This document shows, piece by piece, positions 13,335 to 26,300 of a stretch of 64,000 nt of DNA (its first letter is position 1; the number at the start of each line of letters is the position of its first letter). The translations under genes were made by a program, and so were the position numbers. The stretch is from NCBI RefSeq assembly GCF_006345805.1, contig NC_043016.1:1-64000 (forward strand), given 5' to 3'. This stretch comes from Octopus sinensis. Its lineage: Eukaryota. The notes beneath the pieces are model-generated. The model was not told the DNA's origin. It saw only the letters and a list, made by a program, of their open reading frames with translations, and made no database searches.

Positions 13335-13930
13335 TTTACTCTTTTACTTGTTTCGATCATTTGACTGTGGCCATGCTGGAGCACCGCCTTTAGTCGATCA
13401 AGCAAATCGACCCCAGAACTTATTCTATTGGTCTCTTTTGCCGAACTGCTAAGTCACAGGGATGTAAACACACCAGCATTGGTTGTCAAGTGATGTTGGG
13501 GGGACAAACACAGACACACAAACATATACACACACATACATATATATATATACACACACAATGAGCTTCTTTCAGTTTCTGTCTACCAAATCTAAGGTTA
13601 TAGTAAAGGCGGCGAACTGGCAGAAATGTTAGCATGCCAGGCGAAATGCTTAGCGGCATTTTGTCTGCCGCTACATTCTGAGTTCAAATTCCGCCGAGGT
13701 TGACTTTGCCTTTCATCCTTTCGGGGTCGATAAATTAAGTACCAGTTGCGCACTGGGGTTGATGTAATCGACTTAATCCCTTTGTCTGTCCTTGTTTGTC
13801 CCCTCTATGTTTAGCGCCCTGTAGGCAATAAAGAAATAAGGTTATAGTAGAAGACACTTGCCCAAGGTGCCCTACAGTGGGACTGAACCTGGAATCATGT
13901 GGTTAGGGAGCAAGCTTCTTACCACACAGC
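13335..13930 (-). mobile_element. SINE family C interrupted by a SINE family B insertion
   Basis: 13-bp TSD taaggttatagta at 13593-13605 and 13837-13849. Confidence 0.85.
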
Positions 13931-14161
13931 CATGTCTATTTGTGCAGAGAAACCTCCTGTAATAAGTCCTTTTGCTCAAATACTTGTGGTTTTTACAATA
14001 CTTTCTGTTTGAATTTATATGCTGGTTATGAAGACAATACGCACGTCTTGCTTTTGTATAGGTCTTTATAGCAGTGTCCACAACATTACTTACTGCTATG
14101 GATGCTATATATGTATATATATGTACGTATATATATATATAATATATAATATATATATATA

Positions 14162-14227
<66 letters not shown>

Positions 14228-14229
<2 letters not shown>

Positions 14230-14428
14230 ATTCGCTAGCCTCTGCACGCATTTTTTTTCTCTCCTTGTTCTTTCTGTGTTTCTTTTCTATGTATCTTTCT
14301 GTTGAAGAGCGTAGGCTCGAAACATAAAAGACTTGTTTTATTTATATTCCTGAGCGCCATACTAATACAATTGTTTGTTTGTATTCCACCTGCCTTCGTC
14401 TTTTGTTTATTTTCATAAAGCTTCCCGT
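14228..14428 (+). mobile_element. About 200-bp (TA)n-flanked element with a minimal hammerhead-like motif, copy 1
   Basis: TCTTT-CTGTTGA-A-GAGC-GTAG-GCTC-GAAAC-AT-A-AAAGA at 14294-14331. Aligns end to end with 62600-62791. Confidence 0.7.
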
Positions 14429-16932
14429 TATATATGTATGTATATATGTATATATATATATTTATTTATATGTATATGCATATATGATATCCATATGTAT
14501 ATATGTATACATATCAATGTATATATACATACGTATATGTATATATCTTTATGTCTATGATTCTCTATATATACGCATGCACCACACACATACATGTATA
14601 CACATGTACATATATAAAAAATATATATGTATACATGCACATACACACATATATATGCATATCAACGCACACATGTGTACGCGTGCACACACATACATAT
14701 ATTAGATATATATACAAATGTTCGTATATGTATACATCTATGCATAGATGTAGTTGTATGTACACACACACACTCACTCATACACACAACACATATATCT
14801 TCAAATGTTGCTGTTTATCACCGAAATAAGAGCGTACTCAATACACAATAAAGAGTATATTGTTTATTTAAACAGAATTATTTTTCATTTAAAATGTCAA
14901 GCTATGTCTTCATGACAAAAGACTCTCATCGAAAGTCCGTTGCCATGAAAATTTCAACATTGACAATTCTGTTATGAAACAAGGAAAAAGTTCTTACCAA
15001 ATATGTATCTGTGTGTGTGTGTGTGTGTATACGTTTGTATGTTTCAATGTATATATGTACGTATGGAAGTATGTTTGCATGTGTCTATGAATTTATGCTT
15101 GTATGTAAGTATATACGTATGTGTGTGTGTCATTATTTAGTTTTATTTCAAGATTTCTAGCCAATAGAGAAAGAGCCGGTTTCTAACCTAGATCCAAGGC
15201 TCCTTCATTGGAATTTCAACAACAATTAACAAGGCATTTGTGCATGTATGTGTGTGTATATGTGCAGTATTTGGAGTAAGTTAATGTGCAGATTTGTATG
15301 TTTTGTTTTATCTACGTATTCTCATGCATATAGTTGCATGTTTCGACATGCGCATATAATAAATGCGCCCTTTTTAAAGCCTAACCAGGTTCATGGGCCT
15401 GCTTTCCCGGTTTTTGTGGCGTATGTGTTCCCCAGCTGGACGGGACGCCAGTCCATCGCAGCGTTACTCATTTTTGCTCATCAGAGACACTATATGCCTT
15501 CCCAAAGACACCCCCCCCCCTTGACTAATGCCGGACTTTGGTAGATGGTATGCATGGGTTAAAAATGTTTGACTAAGCTTGATCAGATGATGATAGATCT
15601 TTTATGTCAATGAAATGTAAGGCCTGTGGAACCTTGAACATTACAAGAACGAAGAAGAAGAACCATTCAATAGCAACATAGATGCTACTGATGCTGTTGT
15701 TGTTGTTGTTGTTGTTGTTGTTAAGCAACAAGACGGGTAAGGGTGATTAGGTGATGGTCTAGAGCTTAAGGGCGGGAGACCCCAGACCTTGGGAAAAAAA
15801 AAATTTGGTCGTCTTGTTGTAGTTGAGGGCTCTTCGTTGATGCCTGACACCACTGGGAGGTGACCCTCGAAGTCGCTGGAAATGGAGATATCCAGGTCCA
15901 AATTCTTGAACGGCTGCTGCTGCTGCTGATACATCTAAATGGCTCTGGCTTAAAAGAAGTGATCTGCTATGTGGAATTAGTAGAAAGCCACTCAGACACA
16001 GCATGCTTAGGGTTTCATTAATCTAGATTGGGTCATTTAGATGAGGGTATATTGTTGCGAGACCTGAAACACTCAATAACCTCAGGGTACGACTTTTGAC
16101 ATTGCGTCCAAATATTGGACGCCTCTGCAGACGTATGCTGTAATAATAGGTATCTTAATTGATTTTTTTAGTTTATTTTGTTTACATTGTCATCATCATC
16201 ATCATCATCATCATTTAGCGTCAGTTTTCCATGCTAGCATGGATTGGACGGTTCAACCGGGGTCTGGGAAGCCAGGAGGCTGCACCAGGCTCCAGTCTGA
16301 TCTGGCAGTTTCTACAGCTGGATGCTCTTCCTAACGCCAACCACTCCGTGAGTGTAGTGGGTGCTTTTTACGTGCCACCGGCACAGGGGCCAGAGGAGGC
16401 TGGCAAACGGCCACGATCAGTTGGTGCTTTTTACTTGTCACCGACACGGACGCCAGTCAGGCGACGCTGGCATCTGCCACGTTTGGACTGTGCTTTTAAT
16501 GTGTCACCGGCACGGCTATCTTAACTGCAAGTTCCATTTGATTTATGCGAAAAGGGAGAGAGAAAGAAACACGACCCCATTTGTGCTTGTAATACGTTGT
16601 ATCCTCTGTTACTTGAGCAAAAGAATAGATGGGATGGTTTAGATGTTTTTGAAATTTGAATAACACCAACTCAGTCAGCTTCATGTAAATTTTGGTAAGT
16701 GTATATTTCGTTGGAAATATGTGTATTTTGCAGCTGTATGCTCTTCTTCTTCTTCTTCGAGGAATGGGTGTAGGATTTGTGCTTAGTGTGTGCTAAGTAG
16801 ACTGGGATGAGTTGAGGAATGTTGGTAGAGTATTTCTTATGTTCATGTTTTTGTAAATAATTTTGATTCTGTACTGTTCAACAAAAATATTAATGATCTT
16901 GATGATAACACTGATGATAATAAAAATAATAA

Positions 16933-16981
<49 letters not shown>

Positions 16982-17639
16982 TGTTGTGGTAATGATGATG
17001 ATGATGATGATGGTAAGAATAATATCCTGCTTATGAGGAGAAACCAGAACAGTGATAAGGATTCCTGATATTGTAACAAGGAAGTATGTATTGTAATATT
17101 TTTCTGGGAAAAGAGTCAATTAGAATATGTATTTTATTTCCTAAGATAATCTCAGATAGGGTGGGGTTGGTGGTGAGGGTTTCAGAATCGGTCATGTCAT
17201 CGTCGTTGCCATCATCATCATAATCATTTTCATGTCCACTTTTCCATGCTTCCATGGTTGCATGGGTGGGACAGAGTTTATTGAGGTAGATTTCTTTCTT
17301 TCATGTTGCCAACCCTTACCTGTTTCCAAGCAAGGTAACACTTACTCCATGGCCGCCAGGCAAGTTCTTGCAGAATATTGGAAAATGAATGACATTTAGT
17401 TGTAACAACTATGTGGACACACAATAATACATACACACACAAGCATGCATGCACACGCACAGATACTCAGCTTCTTTCAGTTTCTGTCTAACAAATCCAC
17501 TTTACAAGGCTTTGGTTAGCCCGAGGCTATAGTAGAAAACACTTTCCCAAGGTGCTACACAGTGGGACTGAACCCAGAACCGTGTGGTTGAGAAGCAAAC
17601 TTCTTAATCACACAGCTCACAGCTTTGCCTACACCTTTT

Positions 17640-18000
17640 TCTTCTTCTTCTTCTTAATTCTTTTTGCCCCTTGTGGAGCATAGGGCCTCAACAGTTGTTT
17701 TCCACTTTTTGCGGTCATTGGCGTGTTTCTTGGCTGCTTCCTATGTCAGGCCGGAGGTCCTGAGCTCGTCCAAAATGCTCCGCTTCAATTTCTGCTTTGG
17801 GCGTCCTTGCTTCCTTTTCCTCTGCGGGTTCCAGTCAAGTGCTTGTCATGTCACATTTGAGGGTTCTTTCTGCAGTGTGTGTCTGATCCATCTCCATTTC
17901 CTTCGTCTAATCTGAACATGTATGGGCTCCTGGTTAGCCCTTTCCCACAGGTTGGTGCTCGGCACTCTGTCGAACCACTTCAGATGGAGGATCTGCCAGA
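17640..18000 (-). mobile_element. 3' fragment of a second RTE-type LINE family with a (GAA)n tail
   Basis: Translation WFDRVPSTNLWERANQEPIHVQIRRRKWRWIRHTL...WNPQRKRKQGRPK...DRKKWKTTVEALC. Confidence 0.85.
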
Positions 18001-18407
18001 GATATTATAGTTGCTGTCGGTGGTCTTAAATTCAAAATATAGATGATCAGTTTTAAATGCCAGAAGTAATGTTACATGGCAGTCATGTGAAAGATAAATA
18101 CGATAAGCTGAAGCAGGACTGGTGTCTGTCATGTGAAAGATAAGATGATGATAATCCAAACCAGGACTGAGTTAAGTTACTTCAAGTGGTCCTTACACTT
18201 ATCAATGGGCTTCTCTCACTTGTGTCTTCCTGGGTCAGAGAAACACAAAGATTATGTATCAGAGAGAGCGAGAGAGAGACAACTGGCTGCAGAGGTCAAA
18301 AATGTCAATGATATATTAAAGCTTGAGTATTTCAATGGGAGCTCTGCTTCATTTGTAGGCTTGAGGAGTGACCGTTAGTTCCTTGTTGAGTTCATCCTCC
18401 CTTGTAG

Positions 18408-18467
18408 GGTAAGACCATAGAAGTAGCATTGCTGGTTTTGGCTGTTGATAGATTGATCATGAAACAG
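18408..18467 (+). CDS. Possible upstream exon of the plus-strand gene (GKTIEVALLVLAVDRLIMKQ)
   Basis: Acceptor ttcatcctcccttgtag, donor CAG|gtagaa, 60 nt, phase 0-0, compatible with the 20272 exon. No homology support. Confidence 0.25.
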
Positions 18468-18894
18468 GTAGAACTAGTTTATATCATTAACAGTAGCAAA
18501 TCATTTTATGATCTGATTTCGTACAAAATTAAGAAACAAAATAATTATGAGGCATAAATAATTCCTTAATTAATCTCAGAAGCCATATTATGTGGATTGC
18601 CAAAAAAGCTAGTGTAGCCAATATTTTTTAAGTGTCTCTCTCATTGGCCCTACATAGGATGTCTTCTAGCAGAGATGATCGATCCATTTATTATCCATAT
18701 TGATCTTTTATCTTTTTCAGTCATTTGACTGTGGCCATGTTGGGGCACTGCCTTAAAGAAATTTTAGTTGAATGAATTGACCTAGTACTCTTTTTCTTTT
18801 TTAGCTTGAAACTTATTCTATAGTTCTCTTTTGCCAAACTGCTAAGTTACAGGGATGTAAACACACCAGCACCAATTGTTGTAGAGGATACTCT

Positions 18895-19117
18895 CGTTTT
18901 TACTCTTTTACTTGTTTCAGTCATTTGACTGTGGCTATGCTGGAGCACTGCCTTTAGTCGAGCAAATCGACCCCGGGACATATTCCTTGTAAGCCTAGTA
19001 CTTATTCTATCAGTTTATTTTGCCGAACCGCTAAGTTATCGGGACGTAAACACACCAGCATCGGTTGTCAAGCGATGTTGTGGGGGGACAAACACACACA
19101 AGCATATACATACACAC

Positions 19118-19148
<31 letters not shown>

Positions 19149-19315
19149 ACGGGCTTCTTTCAGTTTCCGTCTACCAAATCTATTCACAAGGCTTTGGTCG
19201 GCCTGAGGCTATAGTAGAAGACACTTGCCCAAGGTGCCACACAGTGGGATTGAACCCGGAACCATGTGGTTGGTAAGCAAAGCTACTTACCACACAGCCA
19301 CTCCTGTGCCTATCT
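18895..19315 (-). mobile_element. SINE family C, full length (further copies 36130-36560, 36990-37630, 37935-38300, 38525-38930, 43737-44140, 47155-47550, 55470-55845)
   Basis: Same head, core and tail as the other family C copies. Confidence 0.85.
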
Positions 19316-19555
19316 CACATCTTTCTGAATAAAAAACCTTCAGTTGTTTGGAACATGGACATGGTCACATATGTAATTCACGTACTTATAGAATATACAC
19401 TTATGACAAATATACATGCATGCTTGCTTGCTTGCATGCATACATACATTACATATAAATATTTTTATGACTTTGTTGACTCTTAAGGTCTCCTAGCTAA
19501 ATAATATACTGTCTGTTGTCATGACTTGAATGCTAAACCGTTTGTGTAATTATTA

Positions 19556-19587
<32 letters not shown>

Positions 19588-19590
<3 letters not shown>

Positions 19591-19987
19591 TAGTTTTATT
19601 TTTATAGCGTGCTTTCACTTCACTACCGAGCGCAGCTCTGTGTGCCTTGGGTATGTGCTGTGATTTGTTGTGATGCTCTGATGGTTATTGTATGGAAAGT
19701 GTTCTGCGTAGGATGTGTGCAGTGCCTAGTAGTGCAATTTTCTGTATGTTATATGTGTTTGTAAGTCCTGCTGTTTTTGTTATGTATTTGTCTGAATATT
19801 TTTTTATCATGCCTAATGCACCTACTATGATAGGAATTGTTTCTGTTTTAAGATTCCACATTCTGGTTACCTCTATTTCCAGGTCTTTGTATTTTGAAAG
19901 TTTCTCCATTTCTTTTAGAGACACGTTGTCATCTGCCGGTATTGATACATCAATTAGAAAGCATTTTTTTCCTTCATGATCTCTGAC
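19588..19987 (-). mobile_element. 5'-truncated Dong/R4-clade LINE inserted in (TAA)n
   Basis: Open frame 19685-19987: CFLIDVSIPADDNVSLKEMEKLSKYKDLE...MW...IPIIVGALG...IQKIALLGTAHILRRTL (restriction-like endonuclease C-terminus), short 3' UTR, (TAA)n on both sides. Confidence 0.88.
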
Positions 19988-20027
<40 letters not shown>

Positions 20028-20271
20028 TTATTTCATTTTTGGATTTGGTTTGCAAGATTCTTTATACGAGTTCGTGTGTTGAAGCATATTTTGTTGTGTC
20101 TGGAGAGAGTCATTCTCTTTTAGTGCCTTATTATTTAACACACTTACCGGTATCTACTCATTTACTTATTTATTTTTCCTAAACTTTTCGTTGCATCTTG
20201 CAACCTTTTCAATAGTCATTATTATTTTTGTTATTATTATTGTTGTTGTTTTTTTTTTTTTGCCTTCTTAG

Positions 20272-20398
20272 GAACCCTCCATCCGTATGATAAATAACCA
20301 ACCCATGAAATCAGCCCTTGAGTTTGATCTGCCCATAAAGAAAGGCTATAAAGCAAAGGACCTGATTGATGGAATCTGCAAAGAATTTGGATTAAATG
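20272..20398 (+). CDS. Penultimate coding exon of an unidentified gene (EPSIRMINNQPMKSALEFDLPIKKGYKAKDLIDGICKEFGLN)
   Basis: Long poly-T tract then ttcttag| acceptor, donor G|gtaatt, 127 nt ending in phase 1, unique sequence without repeats. Confidence 0.7.
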
Positions 20399-21597
20399 GT
20401 AATTTGCAATATATTTACATTGGTCGCAAATTTTGGTACAAAGTCAGCAAGTTTGGGGGAGGTGGGTAAGTTGATTACCTTGACCTCCCCAATGTTCAAA
20501 TGGTACTTATTTTATCAATCCCAAAGGGATGAAAAGCAAGTCAGCCTCAGCAGAATTTGAACTCTGAACATAAAGATGAATGAAATGCCACTAAGATTTT
20601 TTCCCGGCGTGCTAATGGTTCTGCCATCTCGCTGCCTTGAATATACATCGATATTGTAAAGTGACAGTTACAGTAGGTTTGTGGGTAGAGACACTGAACT
20701 ATTTATTAAAGGCAATCATGGGTTAAAATTCTGTCACTGGTGGTTGTCTGATTATATCCATACAAATAGAGATAATTAAAACTATTTTAGTGATATTATT
20801 TAATCATTAATTATCTCCAGTCACCTCGGTCATGGAGATTGTTGGAGATCATCTCTGCTTTCCATCCTTCTGGAATTAATGAGATAAATTGATTAATTGT
20901 CAATTATCAATTACTGTGACCGATATAACCACCTATACCTATTTCTTTATTACCCACAAGGGGCTAAACATAGAGGGAACAAACAAGGACAGACATAGGT
21001 ATTAAGTCGATTACATTGACCCCAGTGCGTAACTGGTACTTAATTTATCGACACCGAAAGGATGAAAGGCAAAGTCGACCTCGGCGGAATTTGAACTCAC
21101 AATGTAATGACAGACGAAATACAGCTACGCATTTCGCCTGGCGTGCTAACGTTTCTGCCAGCTCACCGCCAAATGCCAGTGCTTCTTAACCATTTTTTGC
21201 CTAAGGACCCTCTTTGATATTTTATTTTATGAGATGGACCCTCATTGGTCATCCAATATTTAAAAAAGGATATTTTATTTTTATAATCAACTCTTTGCCA
21301 TTCAGGTTACCCTGTCAAATGTAATTCTCTTTTTTCTCTTCTACTTGTTTCAGTCATTTGACTGCGGCTATGCTGGAGCACCACCTTTAGTCAAGCAAAT
21401 CGACCCCGGGACTTATTCTTTGTAAGCCCAATACTTATTCTATCGGTCTCTTTTGCCGAACCGCTAAGTGACGGGGACGTAAACACACCAGCATCGGTTG
21501 TCAAGCAATGCTAGACTCTACAAATTTTTTGTTAATTAGAATTATTCTTTAATAAAATGCTTGTGTATGTATTTGTTTTCTTTTCTTTCTTCTGCAG

Positions 21598-21788
21598 ACA
21601 ATTCAGTAAAACTTTGGGAGTTCATCAATCCAGACATTGGAACCAGAACATGGAAAGGCTGCAAAGATGTTGTTCCTGTTGCTATGGATCAAAAGTTTAT
21701 CATCAATGAAGACAAATTTGAAGTGTTGATGGAAAACGGAAGCAACCTTCCAAAACTTGTCAAGGAACTAATATATACTGTTAGTTAA
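21598..21788 (+). CDS. Terminal coding exon of the same gene (DNSVKLWEFINPDIGTRTWKGCKDVVPVAMDQKFIINEDKFEVLMENGSNLPKLVKELIYTVS*)
   Basis: Strong acceptor ttttctttcttctgcag|. G+AC gives GAC, in phase with the previous exon. Stop TAA, then AATAAA at 21843 and about 21870. Confidence 0.75.
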
Positions 21789-22464
21789 AAATTTTGATTC
21801 TTCATGAATATCAACCAAACAGAAAATATTGATTGTTTGTGAAATAAAATTTGTTTCCTTTGATTATAATAAATAAAAAAAATATATATATATATATATA
21901 TATTGTTTGTTTAGTGCCCCTTCTTTTCATATTAATGTGATGGGAACCTATTTGAGGCAAAATTTTATGAGCTGATACTCTTCTTGCCACCAACCAGATA
22001 TTCAAGTTTTTTTTAAAAATTTATTTTTTATTTCATAGGCTTTCAAAAGAACAGTGCATTAAGTCATAATATCAACAAGAAATGTATACATCATATCACT
22101 GTTTTACTCAGCTAGTGACATGTGGTACTGTCAAATGTCACATCAGCAGTGACCAGCAAGAATGCCAGATGCATTTCAGCCTTTTTAGGTCTTATCAGTG
22201 GTGTGTACTCACAGCCAGCTTCTATACCTGTAAGAGAATTTGTTGCCTTTCATATAAGAAACAATGACTAACATTCACTGATGTTGTGAACAGCCACCTG
22301 GCTGAATAAAAATTCTGTGCATGCAACTGCGGCAGTATTAAATTAAAATAACCATCTAAGGCAACCTCGTCTCCTTTCAATACTTTGAGTTTTTTAACAC
22401 AGTATGTCCATGAGAATTATTATTTTAGGATGACTACATCAGTAACTGGCCTATTAATGGTGTA

Positions 22465-23350
22465 GGAGGTGTAGTCAGAAGTATCCGACCTTGATTTTTT
22501 TTGCACAAAATAATAATACTCTAGTAAAATTTGCATGGGTATTATGTGGTTGCGTCCTTCTTGAACATGCTCAGAAATTTTCGTTTCAGTAGGTTGTGCC
22601 ATTTGCCTGCAGTGATTTGTTGAGTACAGATGTGAAGAGTGTGCTGTGCAATTTTTCTTTTTGAATCAAGAAGACCGAGTGCATTGAGCAAAGATATTGT
22701 ATTAAATTCTGCCAGAAACTTGGTGATACGCAAGCCCAGACTATCGAGAAGATTCAGAAGGCCTTTGGAGATGAGGCTATGGGAAAAACACAAATAAAGG
22801 ATTAGTACAACTGGTTCAAAGATGACCATACCTCAGTGGAGAGTGAGCCATGTTGTGGCAGATCATTGACTAGCAGAAACAACGAAATAATTGCAAAGGT
22901 TTGAAGACTGTCATGTGAGGCTATTGAGGAGATTGTTGCCAAAGTTGGAATCAGCCATGGGTTAGTTCAGTTCAGTCAGTTCATTCCGCCCACAATGTCA
23001 TCTAAGCATTCCTCATCAAGCAAAACACATCACTTGTTCATCAGGCTTCCTACTTCTCAGACTTGGCTCTATGTGACTTTTGGCTCTTCCCAAAGCTTTA
23101 AAAAAAAAAAAAAACACTCAGAGGGAGATTTGAGTCAACAGAAGACATTAAGCAAAATTTGACAGCACAGCTCTACAGCATCCCAAAAAGTGATTTCCTG
23201 AACCGTTTCCAGCAGTGGCAAGAACATTGGCAGAAGTGTGTAGACTCTTAAGGCGAATACTTTGAAGAAGACTAAATCAAAAATGGTGAGTTTTTTTTTA
23301 ATATTACTTGTTTTTTGGCCAAAGGCTGGATACGTTTTGACTACACCTCA
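22465..23350 (+). mobile_element. Internally deleted mariner element
   Basis: TIRs gaggtgtagtcagaagtatcc / ggatacgttttgactacacctc flanked by TA. Remnants EQRYCIKFCQKLGDTQAQTIEKIQKAFGDEAM, DLALCDFWLFPKL, FQQWQEHWQKCV..GEYFE. Confidence 0.88.
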
Positions 23351-23379
23351 TATATACATTAAGTACAGGAGTTTAAAAG

Positions 23380-26300
23380 TGAAAGTGAAAATAACTCAAG
23401 ATGAAAATATAAATATCACAGAAGAGAAAGTAAAAAGGATGCTTAAAAAGATACCTAACTGGAAAGCTACAGACCCAATGGTATTCTGGGATTCCGACTT
23501 AAAATCTCACCAGCATGCAACTGTTTCTTACTGATTGTTGAGAAAACAGAGCATTAGCATTACAAAAGAAAGGATAGAGTTAATACAGAAGAATAAAAGG
23601 GTAAAAAAGTAAGAGAAAATCATTAATAATATGCCTACTACATACTTACATTACTCTGGGAATTGCTAAGGGACCATATAGCTGGTGAACTGTATGGGTT
23701 TCTGGAGATGGAGAATTTAGTTAGTGATATCTCCCTTTCTGATGCAAGACACCCTTCTGTTCCTCAATACTACCCGACTCTAATTGAGTGGGGTGGGGTG
23801 TTGTCCTGTAAGTTACTTGGTCATCTCACTGCTACTGGTGCCATGTAAAAAGCACCCAGTGCACTCGATAAAGAGGGTTGGCATTAGGAAGGGCTGACTG
23901 TAGAGCTTGCTGAAATCTTCTGACGTTGCTGTTCCTGTGAAACTGGCCAGCATGGAAGACGGACATTATGTGATAGTGATGATGATGATGATGAAGATCA
24001 AAAGTATGCAGAGAAAAGACATGGGGAACCGTTGGTCTGTTGTATATTGGTTGAATGATACTAAGCGAAATACAAAATAAAGAACTTAGCTGTTGGTTGG
24101 ATACTCTACAAGCAAACACAATAACATTCCACACTTCTTGGCTTTCAGGGTGTCTCATGACATTCAGTGTCCAGAAATGTTTAATTGTTTCTTGGGTTTT
24201 TTTTTTTAGGAAAGGTGATGAGATTGCAGTGATGGCACGTGGCTTAGTGGTTAGGGTATTTGGCTCACAATTGTAAGGTTGTGAGTTCAATTTCCAGTGA
24301 TGTGTTGTGTCCTTGAGCAAGACACTTTATTTCACGTTGCTCCTGTCCACTCAGCTGGAAAAAATTAGTCATACCTGTATTTCAAAGGGCCCAGCCTTGT
24401 CACATTCTCAGTCATACTAAATCTCCCTGAGAACTGCATCAAGGATACATATGTCTGTGGAGTACTCAGCCACTTGCATGTTAATTCCATGAGCAGGCTG
24501 TTCCGTTGATTTGATCAACAGGAAGCTTCATTGTAACCAACAATGCCAGAAATAATATTGGAATAAAAGTGCATGGCTTAAGGGTTAGGGGTATTCAGCT
24601 CATGATCATAAGGTCATGCGTTCGATTCCCAGGACTACATTGTATCCTTGAGCAAGACACTTTATTTCACATTGCTCCAGTCCACTCAGCTGGCAAAAAT
24701 TAGTTGTACCTGTAATTCAAAAGGGCCAGCCTTGTCACTCTCTGTGTCATGCTGGATCTCCTTAAGTACCATGTTAAGGTTACACATGTCTGTGGAGTGC
24801 TCAGCCACTTGCACAATAATTTAATGAGCAGGCTGTTCCGTTGATTGGATCAACTGGAACCCTCATCGTTGTAACCAACAGAGTGCCAGAAGTAATGATT
24901 CAATAAAGGTGCAATGCTTAATGGTTAGGTGTATTTGGCTCACAATCATAAGGTCATGAGTTCAATTCCTGGCAACATGATGTATCCTTGAGCAAGATGC
25001 TTTATTTCACATTGGTCCAGTCCATTCAACTGGCAAAAATGAGTAGTACCTGTAATTCAAAGGGCCAGCCTTGTAATACTCTGTGTCATACTGAATCTCC
25101 CTGAGAACTACGTTGAAGGTACACGTGTCTGTGGAGTACTCAGCCACTTGCACAATTTCACAAGCAGGCTGTTTGGTCAATCATCAACTGGAACCCCCTT
25201 TGTGAAGATGCATGGCTTAATGGTTAGGGGTATTAGGCCCATGGTTGTTAGGTCCTGAGTTTAATACTTGGTAACACATTGTATCCTTGAGCAAGACACT
25301 TTATTTCACATTGTTCCAGTCTACTCAGTTGGCAAAAATTATTTGTACCTGTATTTCAAAGGACCAACCTTGTCACATTCCTGAGAACTACATTAAGGGT
25401 ACATGTGTCTGTGGGTTGCTCAGTCACTTACACGTTAATTTCATCCGCAGGCTGTTCCGTTGATTGGCACAACTGGAACCCTCGTCATCATAACCGATGG
25501 AGTGACAGATGAGATTGTAGGAAGTGGAACTTAAACTGCAGAAGAGAATCATTAGGAAGTGTGAAAATACACTGGAAAGTATTTCATTTAGAATCATCAT
25601 CAATCATCATCACCATTATCATCATCATCACCATCATCGCCATCGCCATCACCATCATCATCATCATCCTTTCACGTCTATTTTCCATGCTGGCAAGCTG
25701 GGAGGCTGCACCATGTTCCAGTCTGATTTGGCATGGTGTTTATGGTTGGATGCCCTTCCTAACTAACATCAATCACTTTATAGAGTGTGTTGGGTGCTTT
25801 TAACATGCCACCAGCACAAGCGCTTAAACTTGGCACTAGCAGAGGATCCTTTTAGGCCAATCCACTTCAGCAAGGGATGTGACCTTGACACTCTGTTCCC
25901 TCTATTACATTTTGTGAAGGCATCGTTTCCTCTGAAATGCATAACAATTAAGTCTGGTCCTACTTACGAGCTTGCTAAGACTAAGGTGAAAAATATATCA
26001 CTTGCTGCATAGGGATGACCTCAAACTATACATCAGAAATGAAAAAAAATTGGTTTCTCTTGTCTGAACAGTAAAATCATTTATAGTTTGGATGGGTAGA
26101 TAAGTGTGCAGTTTTCATTATGAAGGGAGTTTGAAAATTTAATCTGAAGGTGTAAAGATACCACAAGATGATATCATTAGATTACTAAAAGGTAATGAAG
26201 GATAAGAAATACCTAAAGGTGTGGCATGATGATAAAGAAATGAAATGAAAATTGAGAAAGAGTCTTCACAAGGATTTGGAAGGAGCTTGAAGCAAAACTA

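Noticed and set aside
15640-16125. GC-richer unique stretch with two 81-97 aa ORFs and an 8-bp hairpin (16104-16122)
   Set aside because: No recognisable motif, splice pattern, TIR/TSD or RNA family; ORF length is aided by (TTG)n and (CTG)n
24230-24310. tRNA-like heads here and in the other SINEs
   Set aside because: A/B boxes are present but there is no complete cloverleaf, and each continues into SINE body; not tRNA genes
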